Source: Lophium mytilinum
Taxonomy: Eukaryota
Direction of reading: 5' to 3'
DNA length: 64,000 nt
Assembly: GCA_010093605.1 (NCBI GenBank)
Contig: MU004181.1
Location: forward strand, 682,001-746,000
The notes under the pieces were generated by a model. The model did no database searches. It saw only the letters and a program-made list of their open reading frames with translations, and was not told where the DNA came from. A program made the position numbers and the translations under genes. The stretch's first letter is position 1, and the number at the start of each line of letters is the position of its first letter. Positions 1 to 11,922 of the stretch are shown here, one piece after another.

Positions 1-269
1 CGGAGCTGCTAAAGCCGAAGAGCGAGGACCTGAGCCAGAGACGGGATCTATGGGGCAAGAAGACATGCGAAGTCTGCGGCATCGTGGGTACCACTGTGAA
101 CGATTGGGAGCAGCATATCAAGAGTAGGGCCCATCGAAGAGCTGTTGCCATCAAAGAAAAGAAGAAAGTGAAAGAGCAAATGAGGGAGCGAGGGCTGAAA
201 ATGGACGCCCAAAAAGAGGTGATTGACGTGCTCGAGAACCATCTTGATTTATTTGCGGAGGAGCAATGA
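1..269 (+). CDS. MOD5: 3' end of tRNA isopentenyl(dimethylallyl)transferase, C-terminal C2H2 zinc finger (partial, runs off the left edge)
   Basis: Frame 3 reads ELLKPKSEDLSQRRDLWGKKTCEVCGIVGTTVNDWEQHIKSRAHRR...EEQ*; CxxC...WxxHxKSRxH matches the C-terminal zinc finger of eukaryotic tRNA-IPTs. Confidence 0.7.
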   Translation, partial: ELLKPKSEDLSQRRDLWGKKTCEVCGIVGTTVNDWEQHIKSRAHRRAVAIKEKKKVKEQMRERGLKMDAQKEVIDVLENHLDLFAEEQ

Positions 270-912
270 ATCTGACGGAGCGATCGTCGAAACGTCCAGG
301 ATTCAATCGCAAGCCAGAAGTCTGGGCACACTGCTTCTGGGTACCCTCATAAGGTTTCAACCCTCTAGCCGCGATTTCAAGTTCCAGACAGTGCAAATCA
401 GACTGCTACGCACCTCACCGCCTACTAGATGGCCGGGCTGCTCTCTCGGTGGTGTCAAGGGAGCAAATTGGAGCTGAACGGGATTCAGTCTGTGTGTCCA
501 GACTTATGGCTTAGTACTGTACCTTCCAGGCCATGCTCTACTCTTGGATATGAGGAAGTGCATCCGGAGATGCTCCAAACTAGGGAGCAAGAGCTTTGTA
601 GAAAGTCACAGAGCACTTGTCTTCCAGAAAAGTAGTTTTCCAAGATGGTCATCTCCAATTGCTACCTACCTAGCTCCAGTTTGTCAGACCAACTAAGGCT
701 TGCTACAACGGTGCCAGAACTGTAGGTAAAACGCTTATAAACGCTCATAACCCTTCAAACCCTCATTCCCGCCAAAGACTAGAAGACTGCTACTTGATAC
801 TCAAACCTCATAGACCGTAGTCACATTTCAAAATGTCAACAAACTCAGCACCCCCGTCAACGCCTACTCAAACCAGCATAATCCAACGCATCTTCTGGCT
901 CATCTTGATTCA

Positions 913-1215
913 GTGCCATCGTCACTTGGTTCTGCCTCCAGAGCTAACCCCATCGTAGACCTTAAAGGAGCAACCGGAGATCCGAGAATATTGCTCATGT
1001 GCGGCCGTACCGACGCTGATCCGAACAAGCTGGAGTGGAAAGCAGAGGTCGCGGACTACGACCAGCGGTCCGACCAGAACGAGGACTTTAGTTTCAAGGC
1101 AAATGCGAAGTGGTATGGCCCTTGTGGAGGAGGTAGTTCTAAAGAGGCTCTGGAGGGATTGGAGTTGCAGGTGGAATTTGACTGGAAGAAGAAGCAAGCA
1201 GAGGCATCGAGCTAA
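913..1215 (+). CDS. Small hypothetical protein (probably the last exon; 5' end uncertain, ATG at 833 possible)
   Basis: 100-aa open frame with protein-like composition; GCTAAC branch-like site and TAG at 956-958 upstream; no recognisable motif. Confidence 0.35.
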   Translation: MPSSLGSASRANPIVDLKGATGDPRILLMCGRTDADPNKLEWKAEVADYDQRSDQNEDFSFKANAKWYGPCGGGSSKEALEGLELQVEFDWKKKQAEASS

Positions 1216-2327
1216 GCTACGAGTACGGAGCCCCGCTTTTTGCTGCCGCAGCGAGTTACGAATATTTCGGTAGGCGGTTTCATGGTGGGAAATGATGCTA
1301 CAGAAGTCGTAAACATGGGATCAGAACTGTGCGACAGGATAATTACAGTGAAGTGCTAGGTGCGGTATCAAGCATCGTTGTCATCGTCCTCACTGTCGAT
1401 ACCTAGGCCCATGAGTTATGCCGGTGCGCAGCTCTCTTCGCCGCACTCTTGGCGATACCGAGTTAACGAGAGCCCGAAGATCGTACGCTAAATAGCCTCA
1501 TACACGCGTGTGCCCTGCTCAGGTGTCTCCAAGCGGCGATGATAAATAAGCGAGCTATCTAGGTATTCCAGTGGGATGTTGCTGTTTCGCCCCCAATACC
1601 AAGATGTTATTTTCTTACACCTGCACGTTCGGAGTCGCAGGATTCCCCTAGGTCTGATTGGGAAAAGACGATTGTCAAAGCGCTATCTTTAGATTTACCC
1701 AGGTAGGTAGGCGAGGCTACTTATCCCGAACTTAGCCACAGCTACCTTAGCACTCCCACCGTGCCACCCTACTCATTTGCGTTTCAGGATAGGCTCTTAG
1801 CTAGTCTCTACCCCACCACACCATCGTATTCCTGGATTAGATCATCCTGTCAGCCTTGCCAGGCTAGCTCGGCTGGCTCGGCTGTAAATGCGGGACGTTG
1901 CGGGCATAAACCTGGCATACGGATGTCGTACTTCCTCCATCCTGCACGGCTGGCTCCCTACATACCTAGTACATCCTGCTGGTCATAGTTGACAGGCACG
2001 ATACGAGTCCTACAACTTGGAAATAGATGGATGGGAGATTTGCGTGGGTGAGGTTTTGAAACTTTCTCTCGTCCCATTCTGATCCTGCACTGCTCAGCCC
2101 ACTGCGGTAGGGATGAATCAGAATCCGCAGCCAATTGCTACGCCTTTACAACGGCCGGGCGTCTCGTCCAATCATTCACCTTCTGTACAAGCCTCCGCGG
2201 GACCACCTTTGACGGCTTATTAGCATTTCCCCGTGCGCCTAAAAGCATACACACTTTCCACTTCTACCCAAGCAACCACGCTTGTCATCTTTTCATGTCC
2301 TCATACGTGAACAGCTGAAAAGCGATC

Positions 2328-2678
2328 ATGAAGATCCCGAGTCCTAGAAATCTCTTTCTCCTCTTGCTCGCCCTCACCGCCATCCTCCTGCACCTCTCGC
2401 CTCCTTGGCTCTCAAACTTCTGGTCGATCCCGTCAATCCTGGACCGCCTCACCAACATGCCGCAAAAGGCTCCCGCTCCGCCAAATACGTTTTGCTCCCC
2501 GAAAATTCCGTCCGGGCGCTGCTGTACCTTGCTGAGGGACTCAGAGCCGTGTAAGCAGGAGTGTAGGAAGAAGTATGTGAATAGGGTGACGATGGTCGAG
2601 ACGAAGGAGTTTGAAGAGTGCGCGACTGTTTGCTTGAAGACATATCGAGAGAAGTGTGAAGTGCGAGTGGGGAAGTGA
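2328..2678 (+). CDS. Small cysteine-rich secreted or membrane-anchored protein (116 aa)
   Basis: ATG-initiated ORF with hydrophobic N-terminus (LFLLLLALTAILLHL) and 8 Cys in the C-terminal half, including CC and two CxxxC. Confidence 0.7.
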   Translation: MKIPSPRNLFLLLLALTAILLHLSPPWLSNFWSIPSILDRLTNMPQKAPAPPNTFCSPKIPSGRCCTLLRDSEPCKQECRKKYVNRVTMVETKEFEECATVCLKTYREKCEVRVGK

Positions 2679-3429
2679 GGATCGAAAGACTAGCAATTAT
2701 CTTTTGCCATCTCCTGCGAATCTTTCAAGCATCTGGTGTTTCTATGATGAGCGATCAGGCTTCCGGTGTCTTGGATATGAGGGATGGAGACTTCGAGGGA
2801 CTTCTCAAGATGGCGGGAACAAGTCACACGTCGGTGGTCTGGAATCGAACATGTACTCTCCGTCAACATCCCAACGGAGAGAGGGCGCAAAAGTCAGAAA
2901 CCGTATTCGACTACCCAATGCGGGAATCCTTAGATGCCTTTTACAGCGACGCAACCAGATCTGCCAGTAGGTTACTTCTAGGCGCAATGGGCGACTTGGT
3001 CTACGACGTTGCGCACGACCAACCCTCTGGAGGAGCTGAATCATATTCTCTCGTGGCGAAAGGCATACACCCACCTCAAGGCAATCTAATAGATAGTGTG
3101 GAAGACCTCACGTTCCTCTTTCTTCAACGCCTGGGGCTGGAGCTCCTTCGGCAGTGACGCACTTTAGCTTCAGCTATATAGCTCAAATCACGCCCTCCAA
3201 AACTTCACCTCCGCCTCACCCTTTATCAGAAAGTTGGCGACTCTCAAACGCCAGCCGTTGCATCAGCTCGCCGTCCAATCCACATTGTAGCAGACTTCAG
3301 ACACCTATCCGAATCTCCAGATACCTTTCAGGGTACCATGAGTACTAGCAATGGTATGTGTATGCTCTTTTATTCTTCCCAAGTGGCGATTCAAATAGCT
3401 GAACCTATTGTAGACACACCTTTGCAAAC

Positions 3430-5028
3430 TTAGTTATAAAACACAGCGAGGGCCAAACCCGCAATGAGTAGGCGCAAGACCAAAAGTGCATACTCCTTCC
3501 TGCTGATTTTCGGGGTACGTCGATCGCGTTCTCCCATCTTTTTTAGCTCTTCCAGCAGCTCTTCCACATGTTCCACATTTTTCGGCTCTTCCACCTCATC
3601 TTCGCTATTATCCCCGGTTTCCCCATCCACCTTACTTTCTACTTTCTCCTGATCAGATAGGCTGCTTGTCTCAGATAGGCTATTTGATAGCCAGCCTGGA
3701 TCATTCAGCCAATATGACTCCCAACGGGACCTGTAAATCCAGCTTGACTCCACAACCAGGGACCTGTAAACCCAGCTTGACTCCACAACCATCGGCTCCG
3801 ACCCATCATTTGACTCAACAACACGCGTTTGCCCCTCAGCTAAACCATTTGCCCGCGTCGTATTCGCCCGTGTCTCTCGAACCACCTCATCATCCGAACC
3901 CACCGAATCCCCCTCGACTCCCGGACCCGCATAAAGCTCTTCATCTCCCACAAAAATACCCTCCAAAAACCCCATGCCACTCCCGTCCCCACCTTCCCTC
4001 CCTCGGACCGCCTTATTCCCCCTCTTCACAGTCTCCCACCCCACCCAACCCCTCTCCTTCATCCAATCCACCCCCACCGGCTCCCCAACAACCAACGCAA
4101 ACACCCGCTTCACCTCCATAAAGTCCTGCACACCTTGCCACACCGCATGCACCGCCGAGCGCGCCCCGACCTCACTGAACCGCGCCGGCCTATCAACTGT
4201 GCGGCTGAGGCTGCTCTGGGGGACCGGGAGGATATGCCTGCAGTTCGGGCAGCGATTATTACACGCGCTAGCACTGTTCACAAGGGACTCAAGGCACGGG
4301 CCGTGGAAGACATGAGCAGCGGGGCAAGGGAGCAGGAGAGGTGGGCCCGCACTCGAATTGCTAGACGGCTCTTGGCAGATGGTGCAATCGACCGGCGGAC
4401 CATCGTACGATGCCGCAAAAGCAGTGATGTCAACAGGGGTGCTAGCGGCCTCGTACGCGCCGTCGAAGTCGAGCCGTGCGGCCAGGATGCGGGCGAAGCC
4501 GGTGTTGATCTGGGCGTGCGCGCGGAGGCCGACGCTGTGCAGGGTCTCGAGGGTGTCCAGTTCGAGGGTGATTTCTTCGGGGGTTCTACTGGCGAGCACC
4601 TCGCAAACGTGGGTGCTTAGGGCGCCGATGTCGTCGTGGAGGGCGGTGGTACGGCCGTAGGCGGTGGGGTCGTCGAGGCTCGGGCCGGTGGTGAGGCTGT
4701 CGAGGGAGGTTTTGAAGTCGAAGAAGGCCTCCCATAGGCTGTTGCAGAGAAGGTCGTCGGTGGGGGTGAAGCCTTCTTTCTCATGTTTGTGGAGGAGTTC
4801 GAGTTCGTCGGCTGCTGTTGAGTCGTCTTCGTGGATGTCGGTGAGGCTGTGCACGAGTTGGAGCCAGGAGTCTTTCAGGCGGCTGCGGAGATGCGTGGTG
4901 GTGGCATCTGCATTTGCTCTTCTAGCTGAAGGGCGTTGAACAGCTGGCATACTGGCTCCGTGGCCTCTAGTGCGTTCACGGGCGGGCATGTTGCCTCTGT
5001 GGACTCTAGTACCTCCACTAGCGGGCAT
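3430..5028 (-). CDS. RING-H2 finger protein with C-terminal transmembrane anchor (putative E3 ubiquitin ligase)
   Basis: CTIC...CPAAHVFHGPC...CPNCR; ends in hydrophobic ALLVLRLLIAGLALAVFYN. Confidence 0.8.
   Translation of the reverse strand: MPASGGTRVHRGNMPARERTRGHGASMPAVQRPSARRANADATTTHLRSRLKDSWLQLVHSLTDIHEDDSTAADELELLHKHEKEGFTPTDDLLCNSLWEAFFDFKTSLDSLTTGPSLDDPTAYGRTTALHDDIGALSTHVCEVLASRTPEEITLELDTLETLHSVGLRAHAQINTGFARILAARLDFDGAYEAASTPVDITAFAASYDGPPVDCTICQEPSSNSSAGPPLLLPCPAAHVFHGPCLESLVNSASACNNRCPNCRHILPVPQSSLSRTVDRPARFSEVGARSAVHAVWQGVQDFMEVKRVFALVVGEPVGVDWMKERGWVGWETVKRGNKAVRGREGGDGSGMGFLEGIFVGDEELYAGPGVEGDSVGSDDEVVRETRANTTRANGLAEGQTRVVESNDGSEPMVVESSWVYRSLVVESSWIYRSRWESYWLNDPGWLSNSLSETSSLSDQEKVESKVDGETGDNSEDEVEEPKNVEHVEELLEELKKMGERDRRTPKISRKEYALLVLRLLIAGLALAVFYN
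3726..3791. repeat. In-frame 33-bp tandem duplication inside the RING gene
   Basis: GGGACCTGTAAA(T/C)CCAGCTTGACTCCACAACCA twice with 1 mismatch; encodes VVESSW(V/I)YRS twice. Confidence 0.95.
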
Positions 5029-7358
5029 ATTGCTTCTGTACTCGTGTTTACCGCTCGTGAAGGGTTTCGTAGGCTTTGGAAACCTGAGATTGCGGTGTGA
5101 AACTTCGGTTTGTGAGATCTAGAGGCTAGGCTCTTTACTTGCCTACGGTTTGGCGACTGACCTGCGTTTTGGCGAGATCTGGTGACTGGTCTGCGTTCTG
5201 GCGACTGAGCTACTTCTGAAAGTGTATCTGAATACGAAGATGGCTATACGTATTCCCCAAGCAATGCCTGAAAATTGAAGAGGATTAAGGTGTTAGGTGT
5301 ATGTGACGAAGCGTTACTTAAAATACTCCTGCGTGCGTGACAAGGTGGCCCGTACCACCTAATGATAACTTTCTTAATTCCGCACCCACATATTGCATGA
5401 ATCAACCATGGATGGTGGGAGGTGTGCCATGGTTCATCGCGCAAGTATATTTGGTTGTTGATGAAATTAGCAGAAGCTATTGGTTCATGCCTCGGGGAAC
5501 CACGCCCACTTTTTGATTGTGCGTACCAATGCATGTACGGCCATTTTGGGCACGTCGCAACGTTCAAGATGGAAAGCTCGACTTCTTGGATACCAAAGCC
5601 GACAGCTCAACGCTATTAGTTTTGGAATGGTACAGTGATAGCAAAGAAAGAAAAGAGTAGGAAGAAAAGAGAAAAGGAAAGAGTAGAAGTATAGAGTCAC
5701 GTGCTCGGAACAACTCAACATGTAGAAAGCGTCGTGAAGCGTTACTTAGTCACTGTTCTACTTAGAGGCGTTTTGCTATTTCCAAACCGATATTCATCCT
5801 AGCCAATTTTCTCGGGCACCGAGGTGAGTTCGAACACGTGACCGTTTTCGCTATATCATCAAACCTCATCAATATCTATTACAACAAGTCAAAGCCCCAT
5901 CTCCAAGAAGAACATCTAAACGCGGCCTTGACAGAGGTCTAGCTCGCTGGGGCGAGAGCCACTGAACGCGTCGCCTTCTCCTCTTTTGGCCTTGCTGCTC
6001 TAGACCTAGTAATATTCCCCATCATAAGGCGGAGTTCAGAGCAGCAAAAGTGGATACCAAATTGTGAACAGCTTGAGTCTCAGCGCACTCGATAGCATTG
6101 TGGCTTCTCTCGAATAGAGATGGAGAGCCAAGATATGGCCAAGAGAAGGACGTCGCAGCGATGAGGTTGCTGGGAAGAATTAGGACGGTGCCAAGACGTT
6201 TCCGCTCGCTTCGTTCCATCTCCGTGTCAACCTCCACCCCCCTTCTCCTGCCCGCCTCCTCGACGGCTCATTCACTCACTACGTCTGTTGTCTCGCCCGT
6301 ATGCTTCTAGCATAGAAGCTCTCCCATTGTAAGGTCTTCCCTGCCAGATGCACCCAGGCACGGTCTGGTGCCACTGCGACCAGCCATCTTGAGCGCGATG
6401 GCCCGAAGGTCACAACAAATCTGGGGCTCCTTTCGGCTTTTCCCTTCTACTCATAATAACACCGACTTCCCGCGCAAGGTCTAGGCTTTGCCCCCGGGGG
6501 TGAAGGTATACGCGTCTGCTTCATTTCTATATATACATCGCCTTGGCGAGGTTGGCCCCCCGCCAAGTCACGATCTGCGGTCATGCATCTTTCCAATGTG
6601 CACTACCGTCAAAATAGATGCGGGGCTTGTAGGTACACATCCATTTGGGCGCTACGAGTGGAAGTGTGTCTTCTCGAGTAAGGCGATAACGCAGCGTTTT
6701 CTATTCAGCCTTTTTCGAAAGATTTCTAAGTCTCCAAGATCATACTCCGTTCCACGAACTCAAGGCAATCGTGTTGGAGCTGTTGCACTTCGCGAACAAA
6801 CCTCTGTATAGTCTCTGTCGATCACAAGAAAGGAAAGTGGCGAGCCCGGTACACTGTGCAACCATGCCTAAGCTTTCCCCTCCCTAAACTACGGATGCTA
6901 AAGTCCCACTAACTCTTGGCCGCCGCAAAGCAACAGCTCCCAAGCGCTTGGCCACTCTGCTACAGCCTCAGATACCCTTTGACAGAGCTCCGGAGACACT
7001 GGGTTATAGCCTTGACCGGTCTTGGCTGAGCTTCACAGAAGTTTCAACTTGGCATCACAACCACAAGGACAGCTTGGCGGGGCTAAAGCACTATCAACTT
7101 GGAACGCCTCCTAATGCTCTGAGTGCTTTCTATAAGAAGAGTTCTGTTGGCTGTGGTGTTTCTCTGTCAAGCTGGTCTCATCTTCACTTCTTCGCTATTG
7201 TCCATTTCTCGTCATCAGTCGCCGGACGATACTTGTTATATCGATCTTTACTCTTGTCCCAGTCCTCATCACTTGATCAACGTTTCCGTTTACCACTCAC
7301 TTCATCGACCTGTTTCCAATCGTTCCAATCCATCAAACCACCACCAAAGACCATCACC

Positions 7359-8066
7359 ATGCTCCCTCAATACATACTTCTCGCAATCCTTTCCGCCGCC
7401 TCAATCTCCGCCATTCCCCTCAATATCAACCTCGGTGCCTACTCTCCTGCCTTGGTAGTCGGTGATGGCGAGATCTCCTTCGATTCGACTCAGAAGGCCT
7501 CCGAGCTCATGGCAACCCTCGCCACCGGCGCCGTCACTGCTGGCCAACAGCAAGAGAACACTGAACAACAAGGCGAAGCACCCGCTGGCGAGAAAGCTCG
7601 TGCGACTCCAGAAGAAGCCGACCTACCCGCACCCAACGTTCGTAGCCCAGAAGCTCGCAGCCTAGAGCCTGTCGTCGCTCGCAGCCCTGCCCCAGCGCCA
7701 GCGCCTGAACTCGTGCCAGCACCTGCACCTGCACCCGAGGTTGACGTCGCCGCCCGCGCCGTTGATGAGCTGGAAGCCGCCGACCTAGTTGCGGAGGCGA
7801 CGCAGTGGATCAAGCGCGACATCGCTGGCTTTCGCGAGGCCCTGAACTTCGCCCGCGAAGCGATGAAGAACATGCCGAAGGTAGAGCTAGGAACCGGGGC
7901 TGAAGGATCCGGTGTTGGTGTTATTGTGAACGCTGGAGTCAATGTGCCAGCGGATAGTGCCGCAAACGGGGCGCCGCCTGCGGCTGGGGCAAGAGCGAAG
8001 AGAGGCGTGGAGGTTGAGGAGAACGAGGGCCCGAGGATGACGCTTGTCGCTATTACGGAGGTATAA
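7359..8066 (+). CDS. Secreted Ala/Pro-rich protein with Kex2-type KR sites
   Basis: Signal peptide MLPQYILLAILSAASISA followed by IPLNINLGAYSPALVVGDGEISF; PAPAPAPE repeats; IKR/DIAG and AKR/GVE dibasic sites; TATAAG at ~7130. Confidence 0.85.
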   Translation: MLPQYILLAILSAASISAIPLNINLGAYSPALVVGDGEISFDSTQKASELMATLATGAVTAGQQQENTEQQGEAPAGEKARATPEEADLPAPNVRSPEARSLEPVVARSPAPAPAPELVPAPAPAPEVDVAARAVDELEAADLVAEATQWIKRDIAGFREALNFAREAMKNMPKVELGTGAEGSGVGVIVNAGVNVPADSAANGAPPAAGARAKRGVEVEENEGPRMTLVAITEV

Positions 8067-9670
8067 AGGATGGCGGAAAGAGCGTGACACGGATGAACGC
8101 TGATGTGAGAGCGGTAACAAGTCTAGCGGTTGGCATCCTCTTGATTTTTGGCGTAAGGGGGTGTTCACGACGGCTTTGAGACATCGAGTGCTTGTACGTG
8201 ATAGGATTAGGACAATATGGTTTTCGACGCTCATAGCTACGATACAATACCTTGCTCCATGAATCATTTTTTAGACTCGCTGTTGTCCTCCTTGACTCGG
8301 ACTCAAGCACAACCGAGAGAAATGCGACGTAATGCTATTCGCAGCACTTCTGTGCCTCCACACTTTCCCAAATTCCTTATCCCTAAAGTAGAGTTAGGTG
8401 TATTTAAGCCACATGTACGATACCGCAATATTGATGCGCGTTTCTTTTTATCTATCATCGCGCGTGCCTAATACTTAGAGTTGTACTATGCTCCCGATTA
8501 AGCACCTACAGCATCCACAATAGCTTCATCTTTTAGCTCTCTAGGGCTTTCCAAAGACTTCTGTTCATCTGCGAATTCACTCCCACATCTCCTAGATTCG
8601 GCATGCACAGGCTTCCTTCTAACCTTGCACGTGCACCTCCTTACTCCTCCTTACCCCCCATTTACTCCTCTACATAAAACCCCAACTCTCCTCCTTTCCT
8701 TTACTCCATAGCAGAGAGGTTAGGATCAGTTCAATAACCTCGTCAAGATTCGTCAATGGCGGAGAGGAGACATGCTCTGCGAGCAAAATCTCTGCCGAGT
8801 AGCTAACATGGTGGAGTTGTCCAACTTGCGAGACCCGCACGTCGCATGTTGGGCAGTGGGTGCAGGAAAAACAATCTCTGGGGATCCCAATGGGGCGGTA
8901 GAGCAAAAACGCATCGATGGAGGCACATGGCGAGTGGGAAGGGTGGTACGTTGGAGATGATAATGCGGAGCATGATTAGGTTGCACAGATATGGTGATGT
9001 GAGGGGTAGAAGTAGTGAAGGGGGTTTCTAGGAGACTGGTAGTGGACAACTTTATGTGGCATCAATAGTGCTCATCAGCAAGACCCGTCTTCCGCTAATT
9101 CCAACCCGGCCTCCGGCTACTATATGAGGGAGGGTGTGAAGTTGTTTTATCCACCACTCCCACGACATTTCGTTTTGGCGTTGCAATTTGATCTTCCTTT
9201 CCCAAACCTCGAGTTTCGAGCTCCAAAGCTGGGAATTCACATGCTTTTATATCTAAGCGAGAAGGTTCTATTGGCTTGTGTCAGCGGACACGTGAGGCAC
9301 ATGTGGCGTGTATATGTACATTTGGTAGACTCAATGACCTTGCTGGGGCACCTCACTCGGTGCTTCAGCATTATATTCCTTGAGCTTGAGCTCGCTGATA
9401 GCCGCTCTCTATCCCGGCGAGCCGTCTTATGCTAATGAGACCGAGCCTGGGTGCGCCTTTCCACCACTGCCTGACATGGTTTAGTACTCTATCTTGAATC
9501 TGTAAGACTCGGAAAGCAATTCTTTTGAACATTAAGCAATCCTAATGCGGCTCCCCAGGCGGTGCTATCCTACCGTGTGAATTCGCTCCTGATCTCTATC
9601 TATCCTACAGAGCAACACCTCATCCAATTAGACATTACGCGTTCTTCACTCTCCTCTGCCCCAAAATGCC

Positions 9671-10765
9671 TCACTCCCCATCCCACGTCGTATCACTACT
9701 CGTATCCACCATTTCCTGATCCTTGAACTCATCCTTCGCCTCATCTCTGTCCTTCGCAGCAAACCCATACGCCTCCAACCCCATCCCCCATCCATTCTCC
9801 CTCACATACCGTATCTGCCTCCCTGCGAACCCCCGAATCCTCCTACCCTCGCTATCAATCAGAAACCCAGTCACATCCACCGGCGTTCTCTCCGGCGCAC
9901 CGCTCAGCGCGTTCTCCCGCGCTCGTATCTCCCACATCGTCCTCGGCGTATACAGCTGCACGTTAGCATCTCCGCCGCTGTGCACAACGGGCTGGCGGGT
10001 TGAGTTACCTCCAACAGGAATAGTCCACACTGGATAGCGCTGTTCCGGAGCCGTCTGGTAGACGCCGTTCGGACCAACGAAATAGGGGCTGCGGGTCGCA
10101 GTAGCGCGGGGGGCGGATGGCATGGCTGGTTGGAGGCGCAGCGGAGGAGGTCGTGGATATAGACGGGGGCGCTTCGGTGAAGATTGAGAGGCTAAAGGGG
10201 AAGATGGAGGACGCTTCGACGGGACAATTGGGGGCGCAAACAGAGCCGTCGTAGCTGTCATTCTTTGTTGAGCCGGCCAGGTAGGCTTCCGATTCGCAGG
10301 GAACTCATGCGCCTCCTCCTTGTTCGCGAGCGTAGGCTGCGAACAGAAGCCCTGTTCTACAGGTGTGTCGGCGGGTTCGGAGCCTAGCCACCATGGTGTG
10401 GTCTGTCCCGTCTCTTCCATGTCTTCACCGCGATCTGCGACCTCGTCCTCGTCCTCTTTACCCTGCTCATATGTAGTTGGATCTTTTGGAAAATCCATCG
10501 ACACTGGACTCTGGAGCAGTTGAGGCACGTCCTTGGGCCACGCTTTTGGAGGCTCGCCCGGCATCCTGTCCATGTACTCTGCTTGTAAGGCGGTGATTTG
10601 GCCAGTCGACACCTGCCAGCTGAGATGTTCGCGGTTGCGGATGCATTCTTCGATTGCACGGTGACCGCCGATGGGGATAAATGGTATGTGCGGGAGGCGG
10701 CGGAAGTTGGGCATACGGGGTCTAGTCAGGCTGCCATTGTGCTTTTTGGGGGGCGATTTTTCCAT
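9671..10765 (-). CDS. Hypothetical Pro-rich, largely disordered protein (may have an upstream exon to ~10941)
   Basis: 364-aa ORF; an overlapping ATG ORF at 10941-10726 in another frame suggests an intron. Confidence 0.6.
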   Translation of the reverse strand: MEKSPPKKHNGSLTRPRMPNFRRLPHIPFIPIGGHRAIEECIRNREHLSWQVSTGQITALQAEYMDRMPGEPPKAWPKDVPQLLQSPVSMDFPKDPTTYEQGKEDEDEVADRGEDMEETGQTTPWWLGSEPADTPVEQGFCSQPTLANKEEAHEFPANRKPTWPAQQRMTATTALFAPPIVPSKRPPSSPLASQSSPKRPRLYPRPPPLRLQPAMPSAPRATATRSPYFVGPNGVYQTAPEQRYPVWTIPVGGNSTRQPVVHSGGDANVQLYTPRTMWEIRARENALSGAPERTPVDVTGFLIDSEGRRIRGFAGRQIRYVRENGWGMGLEAYGFAAKDRDEAKDEFKDQEMVDTSSDTTWDGE

Positions 10766-11223
10766 GCTGCCGGCGTCGGAGGTGCTTTTGTGAGTTTGGT
10801 GAGTGCAACAAGTGACGCGTCTGCGTGGGCGAGTTCGCGAGAACGCGGCAAGGCAAGTCTGACAGCGTTGAGACGGTGTACGCGTGTGTGAGGAAGTGCG
10901 TCTGGGAGAGGTTTGGTGTCGTGGGGAGGGTTTGTTGACATGACGTGGGAAAGTGGGAAAGGCTTGGCGCTAGGAGAGATGGAGAGAGGAATTCACTGAG
11001 GACTCACGTGAGCGGCATCTCACTCTGCCTTTTCAAAATGATGGTTTGATGAACTTCTGCTTGTCCCATCCTGCCACCGTATGAAGTGAGCAAGGCATTG
11101 CCTGATAATCGCCGCCTTGAAATCGGTTCCGAGACGCCAGAAGTATTCACCAGCGCTTAGCACAAACCACTATAGTCGGTCCATCCATCACAAATCTTCA
11201 GGAAGGATCCATAGCATCTCGGC

Positions 11224-11922
11224 TCATAACAGCATCATCGCCGCAACTGTAGCCACTGAGAACAGTCCCAGCATCCAGTGATCCACCTTGATGAAGGCCC
11301 CAACGCCACCCTGGCCACCCTTGGGCGACTCCCCCAGGAACGGGTCCTTGAAGTTGCCGACGTCGTCCTTGCTGATGTTCACAAGCGAGTACACTCCGTC
11401 CAAGAACTTAGCCACTTTGCTGCCCACCGTGTAGTTGTGAGAAACGGGCGCGCACATCTCAATGCCGGCGCCATCCTTGATGGTTCCAGTGCAATTGGCC
11501 ATCGAACCCGTGACGCAGCGCATGAGCGGCGCGAAGGTGATATAACCCGCAGTATCGGCCGGGAGTTCGCGGATGGTATCGATGCTGCCGATGAGCTGGT
11601 CGTTGAAGGAGCCGTTGTCGGGGATGGTGATGCTAGAGCTGACCATGTGGAAGAGGAAATCGTAGCCGTCATTGGGCGAAAACTCTTGAAGAATCTTGGA
11701 GATGTTGTAGGTGTAAAGAACTTGTTGGTCTCCGCTGGCAGTGATGGCGCAAGAATGGTTGTATCCGTTTCCAGGGCAGTACGCGCCGCCGGACACTGGT
11801 TTGGCCTCGCCGAGAGACACGTACGGGGTTTGATGGTCCCAGTTGAAGGTGGTACAGTTGTTGCCGACGGCAATGGCGGGGAGGACGACCGCAAAAAGAG
11901 TGAAGAGAGTGAGAAGAAGCAT
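11224..11922 (-). CDS. Secreted, probably GPI-anchored glycoprotein
   Basis: Signal peptide MLLLTLFTLFAVVLPAIA, 6 Cys, several NxS/T sites, Gly-rich omega region and hydrophobic C-terminus. Confidence 0.85.
   Translation of the reverse strand: MLLLTLFTLFAVVLPAIAVGNNCTTFNWDHQTPYVSLGEAKPVSGGAYCPGNGYNHSCAITASGDQQVLYTYNISKILQEFSPNDGYDFLFHMVSSSITIPDNGSFNDQLIGSIDTIRELPADTAGYITFAPLMRCVTGSMANCTGTIKDGAGIEMCAPVSHNYTVGSKVAKFLDGVYSLVNISKDDVGNFKDPFLGESPKGGQGGVGAFIKVDHWMLGLFSVATVAAMMLL

Noticed and set aside
2675..3157. 160-aa ORF overlapping the stop of the Cys-rich gene
   Set aside because: GTG start, no motifs, lies between convergent genes; cannot be supported
5300..5750. AACCATGG/CCATGGTT hairpin and a 13-bp direct repeat GAAGCGTTACTTA
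   Set aside because: Too short to distinguish from chance
6948..7358. N-terminal extension of the secreted protein in the ORF track
   Set aside because: TTG start; the region looks like promoter/5' UTR, and the signal peptide begins at ATG 7359
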